From Aquificaceae bacterium (lineage in GTDB: Bacteria; Aquificota; Aquificia; Aquificales; Aquificaceae), in contig JAXSNR010000001.1 in assembly GCA_037925075.1 (NCBI GenBank), positions 32,001 to 96,000 on the forward strand: a stretch of 64,000 nucleotides of DNA, given 5' to 3'. Below are positions 10,073 to 20,397 of the stretch, piece by piece. Below the pieces are notes generated by a model that searched no databases, was not told the origin of the DNA, and saw only the letters and a list, made by a program, of their open reading frames with translations. The translations under genes and the position numbers were made by a program. Each line of letters begins with the position of its first letter. Positions within the stretch are counted from its first letter, which is position 1.

Positions 10073-10525
10073 TTATAAGTCTCTGACAGATGCCATAAGA
10101 ACTTCTTCTACTTCAAGAAATTTCCTTTCCTCCTCCCCTCCAAGCTCGTGGTCGTAGCCAAGAAGATGCACAAAACCATGAACCAAAAGTCTCCTTATCT
10201 CCTCCTCAAGGCTATGCCCTAACTCTCTTGCCTGCCTGCTTGCGGTATCCACAGATATAACAATCTCACCTAAAAGCCTGTACCTTCCCACAGGCTCATC
10301 GTAAATAAAGGAAAGCACATCTGTAGGCTTGTCCTTTCCTCTGAAGTCTCTGTTAAGAGCCCTTATGTCCTCATCATCCGTCAGGTATACGCTTATTTCA
10401 GTTCCTTCAAAACCAACCGCTTCCAAAAGCTTAATGACCGTACTCTTCACCCACGTGAGCTTGACCTTTCCTTTCTTCTTTCTCACCAGAACCCTGTTCT
10501 TCCTTCGCCCTTTCAAATTCTTCAT
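10073..10525 (-). CDS. ybeY: rRNA maturation endoribonuclease YbeY
   Basis: [35 protein letters not shown]. Confidence 0.96.
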   Translation of the reverse strand: MKNLKGRRKNRVLVRKKKGKVKLTWVKSTVIKLLEAVGFEGTEISVYLTDDEDIRALNRDFRGKDKPTDVLSFIYDEPVGRYRLLGEIVISVDTASRQARELGHSLEEEIRRLLVHGFVHLLGYDHELGGEEERKFLEVEEVLMASVRDL

Positions 10526-11465
10526 AGGCTTTTATTATCCTTGCCACTATAGGATGTCTGACCACATCCTCCTCTTTAAACCACACAAAACCGATCCCTT
10601 CTATACCTTGCAAAACTTTTATAGCCTCCACAAGGCCAGACTGCTCTCTCCTCGGTAAGTCTATCTGCGTTATATCGCCTGTTATCACAACCTTTGAACC
10701 AAAACCTATCCTTGTGAGGAACATCTTCATCTGTTCCTTTGTAGAGTTTTGAGCCTCATCAAGGATTATAAAGGCATCGTTAAGGGTCCTCCCCCTCATG
10801 AAGGCAAGGGGTGCTATCTCTATTATGTTCCTTTCAAGCATATAACTTGCCTTGTCGTAGTCCACCATGTCATAAAGGGCGTCGTAAAGGGGTCTAAGGT
10901 ATGGGTCTACCTTTTCCGCTATACCGCCGGGAAGAAAGCCAAGCTTTTCACCAGCCTCCACCGCAGGCCTCGTGAGTATTATTTTGTTTACTTTGTTAGC
11001 CTTCAGATGTGCCAATGCCATAGCCATGGCAAGATAGGTTTTTCCTGTCCCAGCGGGACCTATTCCAAAAACTATATCGTTGTTCCTTATAGCATCTACG
11101 TATATTCTCTGAGTGTGTGTTTTCGGCACTATGGCCTTTTTTCTATGGGTTATCAGTATTACTTCCTCTTTTAGCTCCTCTGGTCTTTCAGACTTTAACT
11201 GGATGTAGTTTTTAGCCCTCTCTCTAACTTCCTGAGAGGTCAGCGTGGACGTTCTTAGCTCCCTTATTATTTCTCTCAAAAATTCATAAAGAGCTTTTAC
11301 TTTGTCTTCTTCACCCCTTATAAGTATCTCCGTCCCTCTTGCGGATATTTTTACATCAAAGAGTTGTGAAAAGTACTTTAGGTTTTCATCCCCCCTGCCC
11401 ACTATGGCATAGAACTTCTCATCAAAGCTACCTAAATCTAACCTTTCTTCTACCTTTTCTGTCAT
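10431..11465 (-). CDS. phoH: PhoH family protein (YbeZ-like)
   Basis: [48 protein letters not shown]; upstream of ybeY. Confidence 0.95.
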   Translation of the reverse strand: MTEKVEERLDLGSFDEKFYAIVGRGDENLKYFSQLFDVKISARGTEILIRGEEDKVKALYEFLREIIRELRTSTLTSQEVRERAKNYIQLKSERPEELKEEVILITHRKKAIVPKTHTQRIYVDAIRNNDIVFGIGPAGTGKTYLAMAMALAHLKANKVNKIILTRPAVEAGEKLGFLPGGIAEKVDPYLRPLYDALYDMVDYDKASYMLERNIIEIAPLAFMRGRTLNDAFIILDEAQNSTKEQMKMFLTRIGFGSKVVITGDITQIDLPRREQSGLVEAIKVLQGIEGIGFVWFKEEDVVRHPIVARIIKAYEEFERAKEEQGSGEKEERKGQAHVGEEYGH

Positions 11466-11528
11466 CGTACCTGTACTTCATACTAAATATAAACCTTCTA
11501 CCTTTAAAATCAACTACATTATTTAAAG

Positions 11529-11556
11529 TTGACAAGCCATCACGTCTTCCTATTAT
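11529..11556 (+). promoter_or_regulatory. Sigma70-type promoter for htpX and its leader
   Basis: TTGACA (11529-34), 16 bp spacer, TATTAT (11551-56). Confidence 0.7.
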
Positions 11557-11566
11557 ATTTATGAAC

Positions 11567-11656
11567 CGTGGGCCAAAGCCGCCTGCTGGGGATGGCCCAC
11601 GCAAAAAGGCGGGATACAAATACCCCAGCCCAGGCCGACCGTAAAAGGTGGTCTGG
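11567..11656 (+). ncRNA. Candidate structured RNA (5' leader of htpX), family unknown
   Basis: GC-rich in an AT-rich intergenic region; 9-bp stem, two further complementary pairs from its loop, and a 3' hairpin with a G-U pair. Confidence 0.5.
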
Positions 11657-11671
11657 AAAAGGAAAAAGGAA

Positions 11672-12541
11672 ATGGGCTACGCAATAAGGAGCGTTATACT
11701 TCTTGGACTTCTGACAGGTATTTTTCTGTTTGTGGGCAATCTTATAGCCGGCAAGGCGGGTATGACCATAGCCCTCTTGTTGGCGGGAATAATGAACTTT
11801 CTCGCCTACTGGTTTTCTGACAAGATAGTGCTTGCCATGTACGGAGCAAGGGAAATACCCTACGAGGAGGCTCCATGGCTTCATAGGATGGTGGAAGAGC
11901 TTGCCCAAAGGGCAAACATACCCAAGCCCAAAATCTACCTTGTTCCCATGGAACAGCCCAACGCCTTTGCTACCGGTAGGGGTCCATCTAACGGTGCGGT
12001 TGCGGTGACCTCTGGAATCCTTCACCTTCTAAATGAGAGAGAGCTAAGAGGAGTGCTTGCCCACGAGATGGGGCATATTAAAAACAGGGATGTGCTCGTT
12101 GCCACAATGGCGGCAACCATTGCAGGTGCCATATCCTACCTTGTTAATATGCTTCAGTGGTCTCTCTTGCTTGGACACTCAAGAGATAATGAAAATAACA
12201 ACCCACTTTCCCTTATAGCCAGCATAGCCACGATAATCATCACACCCATAATAGCCACCATAATACAGATGGCTATTTCTCGTTCAAGGGAGTACATGGC
12301 GGACGAGACGGGTGCAAGGATATCGGGAGACCCTCTGGCTCTTGCCAGTGCCCTTGAAAAGATACACAACTATGTGCATCAAATACCCGCAGAGGTCAAC
12401 CAAGGCACCGCACACCTGTTTATAGAAAACCCCCTTTCAGGTCAAGGCATATGGGAGCTTTTCTCTACACACCCCTCCACAGAAAAGAGAATAGCCAGAC
12501 TTAAGGAGCTTGCCAGAGAAATGGGCGTTTTTGCCTACTGA
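11672..12541 (+). CDS. htpX: Membrane zinc metalloprotease HtpX (M48)
   Basis: QPNAFATGR, ELRGVLAHEMGH, SRSREYMADETGA, LFSTHP; likely start ATG 11672. Confidence 0.95.
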   Translation: MGYAIRSVILLGLLTGIFLFVGNLIAGKAGMTIALLLAGIMNFLAYWFSDKIVLAMYGAREIPYEEAPWLHRMVEELAQRANIPKPKIYLVPMEQPNAFATGRGPSNGAVAVTSGILHLLNERELRGVLAHEMGHIKNRDVLVATMAATIAGAISYLVNMLQWSLLLGHSRDNENNNPLSLIASIATIIITPIIATIIQMAISRSREYMADETGARISGDPLALASALEKIHNYVHQIPAEVNQGTAHLFIENPLSGQGIWELFSTHPSTEKRIARLKELAREMGVFAY

Positions 12542-12927
12542 GATAGCACGTGCTTTTCTGGAACAAAGCAGAGGAATTCCCCCTCTGCTACCTTCTCCTC
12601 TTTCCTTTTAACTTCTACAGAAACCCATCTTTTTTTACCTTCTGACCTTGTAAGCCTGCCTTCCGCGATAAGCTCATCACCAACCACCACCGGCTTTAAA
12701 AACTTAATGCTCGCCTGACCAAGGACTACCGTAGGCTCATTTACCGTCGCCATAGCACAAAAGTCCGCAAGGGAGAAGATAAAGCCTCCATGCACAAGCC
12801 CCGTACTGTCCGCTATCATCCTATGGTCTGTTTTTAGTCTCAAGACCGCACGACCCTCCGAAAGCTCCAAAACTTCACCGCTGAGGCTTTTGTCAATCTC
12901 CAAGTGCGTCCTTAACTGCATGAACAA
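12535..12927 (-). CDS. PaaI-family hotdog thioesterase
   Basis: GLVHGGFIFSLADF, IKFLKPVVVGD. Confidence 0.85.
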   Translation of the reverse strand: MFMQLRTHLEIDKSLSGEVLELSEGRAVLRLKTDHRMIADSTGLVHGGFIFSLADFCAMATVNEPTVVLGQASIKFLKPVVVGDELIAEGRLTRSEGKKRWVSVEVKRKEEKVAEGEFLCFVPEKHVLSQ

Positions 12928-13504
12928 ACTCCTCCATCTTTTTATGGTCCTTTACGCCCGGGCTTGTTTCCACACCAGAAGAGACATCCACTCCGTAAGG
13001 CTTTACAAACCTTATGGCTTCCCTTACGTTTTCAGGATTTAGCCCGCCTGCAAGTATAACTCTAAAGCCCCTTTCAACAAGCTCTCTTGCCAAGTTCCAA
13101 TCGGACCTTTTCCCGCTTCCACCGTATGCCTCCGAGCATGCATCCAACAAAACCGCATGAGCCTTTTTCCAATCTTTATGGACCTCAAGCCCCGGACAGC
13201 TTCTAAAGGCTTTTATAACCCTCTCTATACCAAGCTTTGTAGCAAAGTCTAAATCCTCCTCCCCATGAAGCTGTATAAGGTCAAAGACCTCCAAAGCCCT
13301 TTTAACCTCCTCCAAAGTTGGATTTACCATGACCGCCACCCTCTTTGCACCTACTCCCGCCTTCAAAAGCTTCTCAGCCCTCTCTGGGTCCACATACCTT
13401 GGGCTTTTGGGATAGAGTATTATACCCACATATTCCACGCCTAAGCCAACCGCCTTTTTTATGTCTTCTTCTTTTGTAAAACCACAGAGCTTGATTTTGA
13501 CCAT
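12893..13504 (-). CDS. trpF: Phosphoribosylanthranilate isomerase
   Basis: KIKLCG, SPRYV, IQLHGEE, GGSG, LAGGLNPEN, DVSSGVE. Confidence 0.96.
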   Translation of the reverse strand: MVKIKLCGFTKEEDIKKAVGLGVEYVGIILYPKSPRYVDPERAEKLLKAGVGAKRVAVMVNPTLEEVKRALEVFDLIQLHGEEDLDFATKLGIERVIKAFRSCPGLEVHKDWKKAHAVLLDACSEAYGGSGKRSDWNLARELVERGFRVILAGGLNPENVREAIRFVKPYGVDVSSGVETSPGVKDHKKMEEFVHAVKDALGD

Positions 13505-13539
13505 TTAGAGAAGAATATTATAGGTGAGGAGGTAAAAAA

Positions 13540-14028
13540 ATGAAGCTGATATTTGGATTATTAATAATTTTCTGTCTTGCCCTTGCCCAACCTCATGGCA
13601 AGGTGGTACAAACCCCTTACACAAAGCCCTTTAAGGTGGTTTATGAACTCTTTTTGGACCGTCCAGAAAAGATAAGACCAGCTCTTGGATGGATATCCAA
13701 TGTTATATTTGTGCTCACCAATCCACCTTACAACTACAGTCCTGAGGATATACACATAGTGGTGGTCTCTCATGGGAGAGAGCTTCCCGTGTTTGCCACA
13801 AAAAACAAGGAACAGTATGCGGACATAGTGGAAAGGCTTGAAAGCCTAAGCTTATACGGAGTTAAGTTTAAGGTGTGTAAGATGGCTTCAGAACAGTTAT
13901 ACGGGCTTTCGGAAAAAGACTTTTATCCCTTCGTGGAGCTTGTACCCTCCGCCATAACTGAAATCATCCATTGGCAACTACAAGGCCATGCCCTAATGAT
14001 CCCTCAGGTCTTTGAAATAAGAAGATAA
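13540..14028 (+). CDS. Exported DsrE-family protein
   Basis: Signal peptide; IHIVVVSHG, GVKFKVC, VPSAITEI..WQ..G as in DsrE/DsrF-like proteins; SD GAGGAGG. Confidence 0.7.
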   Translation: MKLIFGLLIIFCLALAQPHGKVVQTPYTKPFKVVYELFLDRPEKIRPALGWISNVIFVLTNPPYNYSPEDIHIVVVSHGRELPVFATKNKEQYADIVERLESLSLYGVKFKVCKMASEQLYGLSEKDFYPFVELVPSAITEIIHWQLQGHALMIPQVFEIRR

Positions 14029-14360
14029 GATCCAAGCTTTTTTAGAAGCTCCCCTTTTCTACTTTTCTCCACCACTATCAGGTCAAAGTCTAAAGGAAGC
14101 CTGTCCGCAATAAAGTTAAATATCTCCCTGTAAATACTCCAGAAGTTTGACCTGTTTATCTCCCCCTTTATCACCACCAGCAGGTCCACATCGCTAAGCC
14201 CCCTTTCTTCACCCCTTGCCAGAGAACCAAAAAGGTAAATCTCTTCTATGTCCCCCAGCTTGCCCTTCATCTCTTCAGCCAAGGTACTAAGGAAATCCAA
14301 CACCTCAGACCTTTTTATGTATATAAGCTTTGCACCATTGGAGGATACTATGGCACGCAT
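14004..14360 (-). CDS. Minimal nucleotidyltransferase (MNT)
   Basis: IYLFGSLARG...SDVDLLVV motif; SD AAGGAGG. Confidence 0.85.
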   Translation of the reverse strand: MRAIVSSNGAKLIYIKRSEVLDFLSTLAEEMKGKLGDIEEIYLFGSLARGEERGLSDVDLLVVIKGEINRSNFWSIYREIFNFIADRLPLDFDLIVVEKSRKGELLKKLGSYLLISKT

Positions 14361-14554
14361 TTATTGCCTCCTTTGCTTCCTCTTCTGTGTAATGATTGGA
14401 GGGCTTGCCAGCGGGTAGTAGGTCAAGTTTTTTGGCGGAGTTCTCCACTTCCTGCGGTAAAGCAAGCCCACTCATAATAACCATGCTCTAAATCAAGCTT
14501 AGCCTTCTCTTCATACCTAAGTGCCTGCTCCCACCAGTCCCTCCAACGGTTCAT
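14305..14554 (-). pseudogene. HEPN-domain gene remnant (partner of MNT), internally deleted and frameshifted
   Basis: N-terminal [34 protein letters not shown]; in another frame PQEVENSAKKLD-LLPAGKPSNHYTEEEAKEAINACHSILQWC; middle portion absent. Confidence 0.8.
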
Positions 14555-14575
14555 GGATTATACTATAACAAAGAA

Positions 14576-16462
14576 ATGACCATTTCTTATGACTTTTCCC
14601 TCATAACCGACTACGATGTGTACCTTTTTAAGGAAGGCTCTCACTGTAGGATGTACGAAAAGCTTGGTTGTCATCTTTTTGAAGATGGTGCATACTTTGC
14701 GGTTTGGGCTCCTCATGCGGAGCAGGTTTTTGTCTTTGGAGATTTCAACGGATGGGACAAGCATTCTCTACCTTTGAAAAGAAGGGAAGATAATTCTGGT
14801 ATATGGGAGGGCTTTGTAAGGGGTGTAAAGAAAGGTCAAAGATACAAATACCATCTTTACACCCACTGGGGCTATTGGACAGACAGGGCTGACCCCTTTG
14901 GTTTTTTTCACGAAACTCCACCGGGCACTGCCTCTATTGTATGGGACTTAAACTACCAGTGGAAGGATAAAGACTGGCTCAGAAAAAGAAAGGAATTAAA
15001 CCATCACAGGGCTCCCATAAGCATATACGAGGTTCACCTCGGCTCTTGGAGAAGGGTGCCGGAGGAAGGAAACAGATCCCTAAGCTACAGGGAGCTTGCA
15101 CCTTTGCTGGCTGAGTATGTGAAGGAAATGGGCTTTACCCATGTGGAGTTTCTACCTGTTATGGAGCATCCCTTTTATGGCTCATGGGGCTATCAGATAA
15201 CGGGCTACTTTGCTCCCACTTCACGCTACGGCAATCCTCAGGACTTTATGTATCTTGTGGATTATCTACATGAGCAGGGTATTGGTGTAATCCTTGACTG
15301 GGTGCCCTCTCATTTTCCCACCGATGGCCATGGGCTTGCTTACTTTGATGGCACGCATCTTTACGAATACGAAGACTGGAGGAAGAGATGGCATCCCGAT
15401 TGGAAAAGCTATGTTTTTGATTACGGAAAGGGAGAGGTAAGGTCTTTTCTTCTTAGCTCAGCCCACTTTTGGCTTGAGAAGTACCATGCGGATGGGCTAA
15501 GGGTAGATGCGGTCGCAAGCATGCTTTATCTGGACTACTCAAGGCATGAGTGGGTTCCCAACATTTATGGAGGCAAAGAAAACCTTGAAGCCATAGATTT
15601 CCTAAAAAAGCTCAACGTATGTATATACAAAGATTTTGAGGGAGTACAGACCATAGCGGAAGAATCCACCGCCTTTCCCATGGTAAGCAGACCCGTATAT
15701 CTCGGAGGGCTTGGCTTTGGGTTTAAGTGGAACATGGGCTGGATGAACGACACGCTCTTTTACATGTCCAAAGACCCCATATACAGAAAATACCATCACC
15801 ATCAGCTTACCTTTAGCATCTGGTACGCCTTTTCCGAAAACTTTATACTTCCCCTTTCCCATGATGAGGTGGTTCATGGAAAGGGCTCCCTCCTTTCAAA
15901 GATGCCCGGTGACTACTGGCAAAAGTTTGCCAACCTGAGACTTCTCTATGGCTACATGTGGACACATCCCGGAAAAAAGCTTCTCTTTATGGGTGGAGAG
16001 TTTGCCCAGTGGAGGGAGTGGAACCACGAAGAAAGCCTTGATTGGCATCTTCTTGAGTATGAAAGCCATAGAGGCATTCAAAGGCTCATAAAGGACCTAA
16101 ACAGGCTATACAGAGAAGAAAAGGCTTTGCATGAGCTTGACTGCGAGCCAAAGGGCTTTGAGTGGGTGGATTTTTCAGACTGGGAGTGTAGCATAATAAG
16201 CTATCTGAGAAAATCCTCCGAGGGAGAGACTTTACTGGTGGTTTGCAACTTCACACCAGTTCCTAGGTTTAACTACAGAGTTGGCGTGCCAGAGGGTGGT
16301 TTTTGGAAGGAGCTATTAAACACGGACTCTGAAATATATGGTGGGTCAAACCTTGGAAATAAAGGAGGTGTTTGGGCAGAGGCTGTGCCCTTTCACGGAA
16401 GGTCCTACTCTCTTAACTTAACATTGCCACCCCTTGCTGTGGTGGTGTTTAAGAAAACTTAA
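14576..16462 (+). CDS. glgB: 1,4-alpha-glucan branching enzyme
   Basis: [50 protein letters not shown]. Confidence 0.97.
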   Translation: MTISYDFSLITDYDVYLFKEGSHCRMYEKLGCHLFEDGAYFAVWAPHAEQVFVFGDFNGWDKHSLPLKRREDNSGIWEGFVRGVKKGQRYKYHLYTHWGYWTDRADPFGFFHETPPGTASIVWDLNYQWKDKDWLRKRKELNHHRAPISIYEVHLGSWRRVPEEGNRSLSYRELAPLLAEYVKEMGFTHVEFLPVMEHPFYGSWGYQITGYFAPTSRYGNPQDFMYLVDYLHEQGIGVILDWVPSHFPTDGHGLAYFDGTHLYEYEDWRKRWHPDWKSYVFDYGKGEVRSFLLSSAHFWLEKYHADGLRVDAVASMLYLDYSRHEWVPNIYGGKENLEAIDFLKKLNVCIYKDFEGVQTIAEESTAFPMVSRPVYLGGLGFGFKWNMGWMNDTLFYMSKDPIYRKYHHHQLTFSIWYAFSENFILPLSHDEVVHGKGSLLSKMPGDYWQKFANLRLLYGYMWTHPGKKLLFMGGEFAQWREWNHEESLDWHLLEYESHRGIQRLIKDLNRLYREEKALHELDCEPKGFEWVDFSDWECSIISYLRKSSEGETLLVVCNFTPVPRFNYRVGVPEGGFWKELLNTDSEIYGGSNLGNKGGVWAEAVPFHGRSYSLNLTLPPLAVVVFKKT

Positions 16463-16469
16463 CTAAGTA

Positions 16470-16542
16470 TGGGTCGGGCGGGAGTCGAACCCGCGACCCA
16501 CGGATTAAGAGTCCGTTGCTCTGCCTGCTGAGCTACCGACCC
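16470..16542 (-). tRNA. tRNA-Lys (anticodon CTT), CCA not encoded
   Basis: GGGTCGGTAGCTCAGCAGGCAGAGCAACGGACTCTTAATCCGTGGGTCGCGGGTTCGACTCCCGCCCGACCCA folds as a cloverleaf with TTCGA T-loop. Confidence 0.96.
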
Positions 16543-17479
16543 TTTGCAGTCTGTTAATTATAAACCTTTCTAAAAAATCTTTCAAGCCCTCCACCTCCAC
16601 CTCAAAGTCAAGGTAAAAAAGGTTCTCAGCAGGCTCAAGCTTTACAAGGTCTTTTAGAGTGGTTATGTATAGCTTTTCCTTTTGAAGCTTGAAGCCCTTA
16701 TAGCGGTAATGGTCTGGAAAGCCTATGGTGCCGTCAAGCTTTACACCCATCTCCCTAAGGGTTTGGAAAAACTGCTCATTGTCCCCCAGCCCGCAAAAGG
16801 CGATAAAGCTTAGCTTAGAATAGTCTTCTACTACCTTATTGTCTACGCTTCTTATTAGCTTCCATTTGGTTCTATACATCTTAAAGGTGGGCTTGTGAGG
16901 ATGCTTCCATTCAAAGTTTTCCAACTCTCCATAAGATAGCACCAGTATATCCGCCCTTTCCATGCACTCAATAGGCTCTCTCAACCTCCCAAAGGGCAAA
17001 ATCTTATCTGAGAAGTCTCTTTTTCTCAGAAGAAGGATGTTCAGATCCCTGTGTATTTTCCTGTGCTGAAAGCCATCGTCTAAGATGATGAGTTCAGGGC
17101 TTAGCTCCTTGATTGCAAAGCTTACACCCCTGCATCTGTCCTCATCCACAAGAACGCTAACCCTTGGCAAAACCTTAGCCAGCATAAAAGGCTCATCCCC
17201 TGCATCTTCCCAACTTGCCAAAAGCTCCCCCCATCTGGAAAGGAGAAGGGTCCCCCTTGTCCTCCTTTTGTAGCCTCTTGAGACTACGCACACCCTTAAG
17301 CTACCACTTAGCAAGCTTGCAAGATATCTAACCAAGGAGCTTTTACCACTTCCCCCAACAGAAAGGTTGCCAACGGATATAACCAGAATGGGAGGCTTGC
17401 ACTGGGCTATAATACCCTTATCGTATGCCCAGTTTCTCAGTTTAATAACCCAGAGGTATGGGTTGAGGTTTTCAAGCAC
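16505..17479 (-). CDS. lpxK: Tetraacyldisaccharide 4'-kinase
   Basis: VISVGNLSVGGSGKS, SRGYK, GDEP, DDGFQH, PFGRLRE, FPDHY, TTLKD; probable GTG start at 17479. Confidence 0.93.
   Translation of the reverse strand: MLENLNPYLWVIKLRNWAYDKGIIAQCKPPILVISVGNLSVGGSGKSSLVRYLASLLSGSLRVCVVSRGYKRRTRGTLLLSRWGELLASWEDAGDEPFMLAKVLPRVSVLVDEDRCRGVSFAIKELSPELIILDDGFQHRKIHRDLNILLLRKRDFSDKILPFGRLREPIECMERADILVLSYGELENFEWKHPHKPTFKMYRTKWKLIRSVDNKVVEDYSKLSFIAFCGLGDNEQFFQTLREMGVKLDGTIGFPDHYRYKGFKLQKEKLYITTLKDLVKLEPAENLFYLDFEVEVEGLKDFLERFIINRLQRVGSSAGRATDS
16557..16585 (-). promoter_or_regulatory. Sigma70 promoter for tRNA-Lys, inside lpxK
   Basis: TTGAAA, 17 bp spacer, TATAAT ending 14 nt upstream of the tRNA 5' end. 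Confidence 0.75.
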
Positions 17480-18437
17480 CCTTGAACCTCTTTGCATCCC
17501 TTATGAGAAGAAAGGTAAGCATAAGCCCTCCAATGACGGCACTCAGATATTGGGTTATAAACCTCCATAGCAGAGAAAAACCCCCAAGAAGAGAAAGCTC
17601 CAAAAAGGGTTCAAAGGTGTACAAGGCTCCTACCTCTCCCACACCGCTCCCACCGGGCGTCGGGCTTATAAATATGGCGTACACTAGCATAAGCTGGTGC
17701 TCCATAAGGGTAAAAAAATCAGGCTCTTGATTAAAACTCTTAAGAAGAAAAGCCCCAGACCCCAAAAAGGAAAGATAAAGAAGCACACTGCTTACGCAGG
17801 CAATTAGTATGCTTTTCTTTTTGTCTCTGAGGAAGATCCTTGAGACCACAAGGTATTTTTTGATGGTGTATCTCAGTTTTTGCATAAACTTCTGATTTTT
17901 TGTAGCCTTTGTATTTGAAAGGAGCCTAAAAAGTAAATATAAGACCAAACCTAAGACAAAGAAAAAGAGCAGAAGGTAGGCTATCCTTATACCGTGAGAA
18001 GGATTTTTATAAATATAAACAAAAACATAAGGTAGAACCAAGACAAAAAATGTCATACCTGTTATAGTCTTCATGGTAACTATGCTCATAACCTTGTGCA
18101 GTTTGCCACCTTTCCTTGAAAGGGTGTACATGGACATGAACTCACCACCCACATGAGCGGGCGTTATGGTAGCCCCAAAGGTGTTTATGAAGGAGATTAC
18201 ATAGCCGTAAAAGAAGGAATATCTCAATTTCATAGCCCTTGAAAGGACGAATAATCTCAGATTGTCAAAGCTGTGGTAAAGAAACATAAGAAGGACAGAG
18301 AGGATAAGGTATCTTTTGTCCGCATATAGAAGCACACCCATAAAGTCCTTTGTCAGAGTTTTTTTCACTATGTATATAAGAGAACCCCCTACAAACAAAA
18401 GGGTAAAGAATATGCCATATAGAATTGACCTGTACAT
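17472..18437 (-). CDS. Lysylphosphatidylglycerol synthase TM-like / flippase (UPF0104)
   Basis: Multi-[31 protein letters not shown]. Confidence 0.8.
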   Translation of the reverse strand: MYRSILYGIFFTLLFVGGSLIYIVKKTLTKDFMGVLLYADKRYLILSVLLMFLYHSFDNLRLFVLSRAMKLRYSFFYGYVISFINTFGATITPAHVGGEFMSMYTLSRKGGKLHKVMSIVTMKTITGMTFFVLVLPYVFVYIYKNPSHGIRIAYLLLFFFVLGLVLYLLFRLLSNTKATKNQKFMQKLRYTIKKYLVVSRIFLRDKKKSILIACVSSVLLYLSFLGSGAFLLKSFNQEPDFFTLMEHQLMLVYAIFISPTPGGSGVGEVGALYTFEPFLELSLLGGFSLLWRFITQYLSAVIGGLMLTFLLIRDAKRFKGA

Positions 18438-18461
18438 GTACAGGTTTATATTTTAATCCCT

Positions 18462-19049
18462 ATGCGAGTTCTTATGATAGACAACTATGACTCTTTTACT
18501 TATAACTTGGTTCAGTACTTGCAGATGCTTTCTGTGGATGTGGCGGTAAGAAGAAACGATGAGATAACCCTTGAAGACATAAGAAGGGCAAAGCCAGATG
18601 CCATACTTATCTCACCCGGGCCCTGCACTCCAAAGGAAGCAGGAATCTCCGTAGATGTGATTAGAGAGTTCCACAAGGAAATTCCCATACTTGGGGTTTG
18701 CTTGGGTCATCAGTCCATAGGGTACGCCTTTGGTGCCCGCATAGTCAGGGCAAAAAGGCTCATGCACGGTAAAACATCCCAGATATTCCACACGGGAGAG
18801 GGCATATTTGAAGGTCTCAAAAATCCCTTTACCGCGGTGCGATACCACTCCTTGGTGATAGACAAAAGCACCCTGCCGGATGTTCTAAAGATAACCGCAT
18901 GGTCTGAGGACGATGAAATAATGGGTATCCAGCATGTGGAATATCCCCTTTTTGGTGTTCAGTTTCATCCAGAGTCTATACTTTCAGAAGAGGGTATGAA
19001 GCTCCTTGAAAACTTTCTTAGGATAGCAAAGGAAAAGGTTTTGGTATAA
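18462..19049 (+). CDS. trpG: Anthranilate/aminodeoxychorismate synthase glutamine amidotransferase subunit (TrpG/PabA)
   Basis: [35 protein letters not shown]. Confidence 0.93.
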   Translation: MRVLMIDNYDSFTYNLVQYLQMLSVDVAVRRNDEITLEDIRRAKPDAILISPGPCTPKEAGISVDVIREFHKEIPILGVCLGHQSIGYAFGARIVRAKRLMHGKTSQIFHTGEGIFEGLKNPFTAVRYHSLVIDKSTLPDVLKITAWSEDDEIMGIQHVEYPLFGVQFHPESILSEEGMKLLENFLRIAKEKVLV

Positions 19050-19053
19050 TTGA

Positions 19054-20336
<1,283 letters not shown>

Positions 20337-20337
<1 letters not shown>

Positions 20338-20365
20338 CTTCAAAAGTGTAAAGCTAACGCTTCAA
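20337..20365 (+). promoter_or_regulatory. Candidate regulator site 1 (possibly LytTR)
   Basis: TTCaaAAGTGTAAAGCT (20339-55), shared with 22841-57; GCTTCAA repeated at 20337 and 20359 (22 bp apart). Confidence 0.5.
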
Positions 20366-20397
20366 TCCGATAACCCATTGTGCAAATATTTATCCTC

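Noticed and set aside
11561..11644. Short ORF MNRGPKPPAG... as a leader peptide, or known riboswitch/SRP/ribozyme identities for the htpX leader
   Set aside because: No SD and no telling composition; no match to consensus motifs I recall. The base-pairing explains the sequence better.
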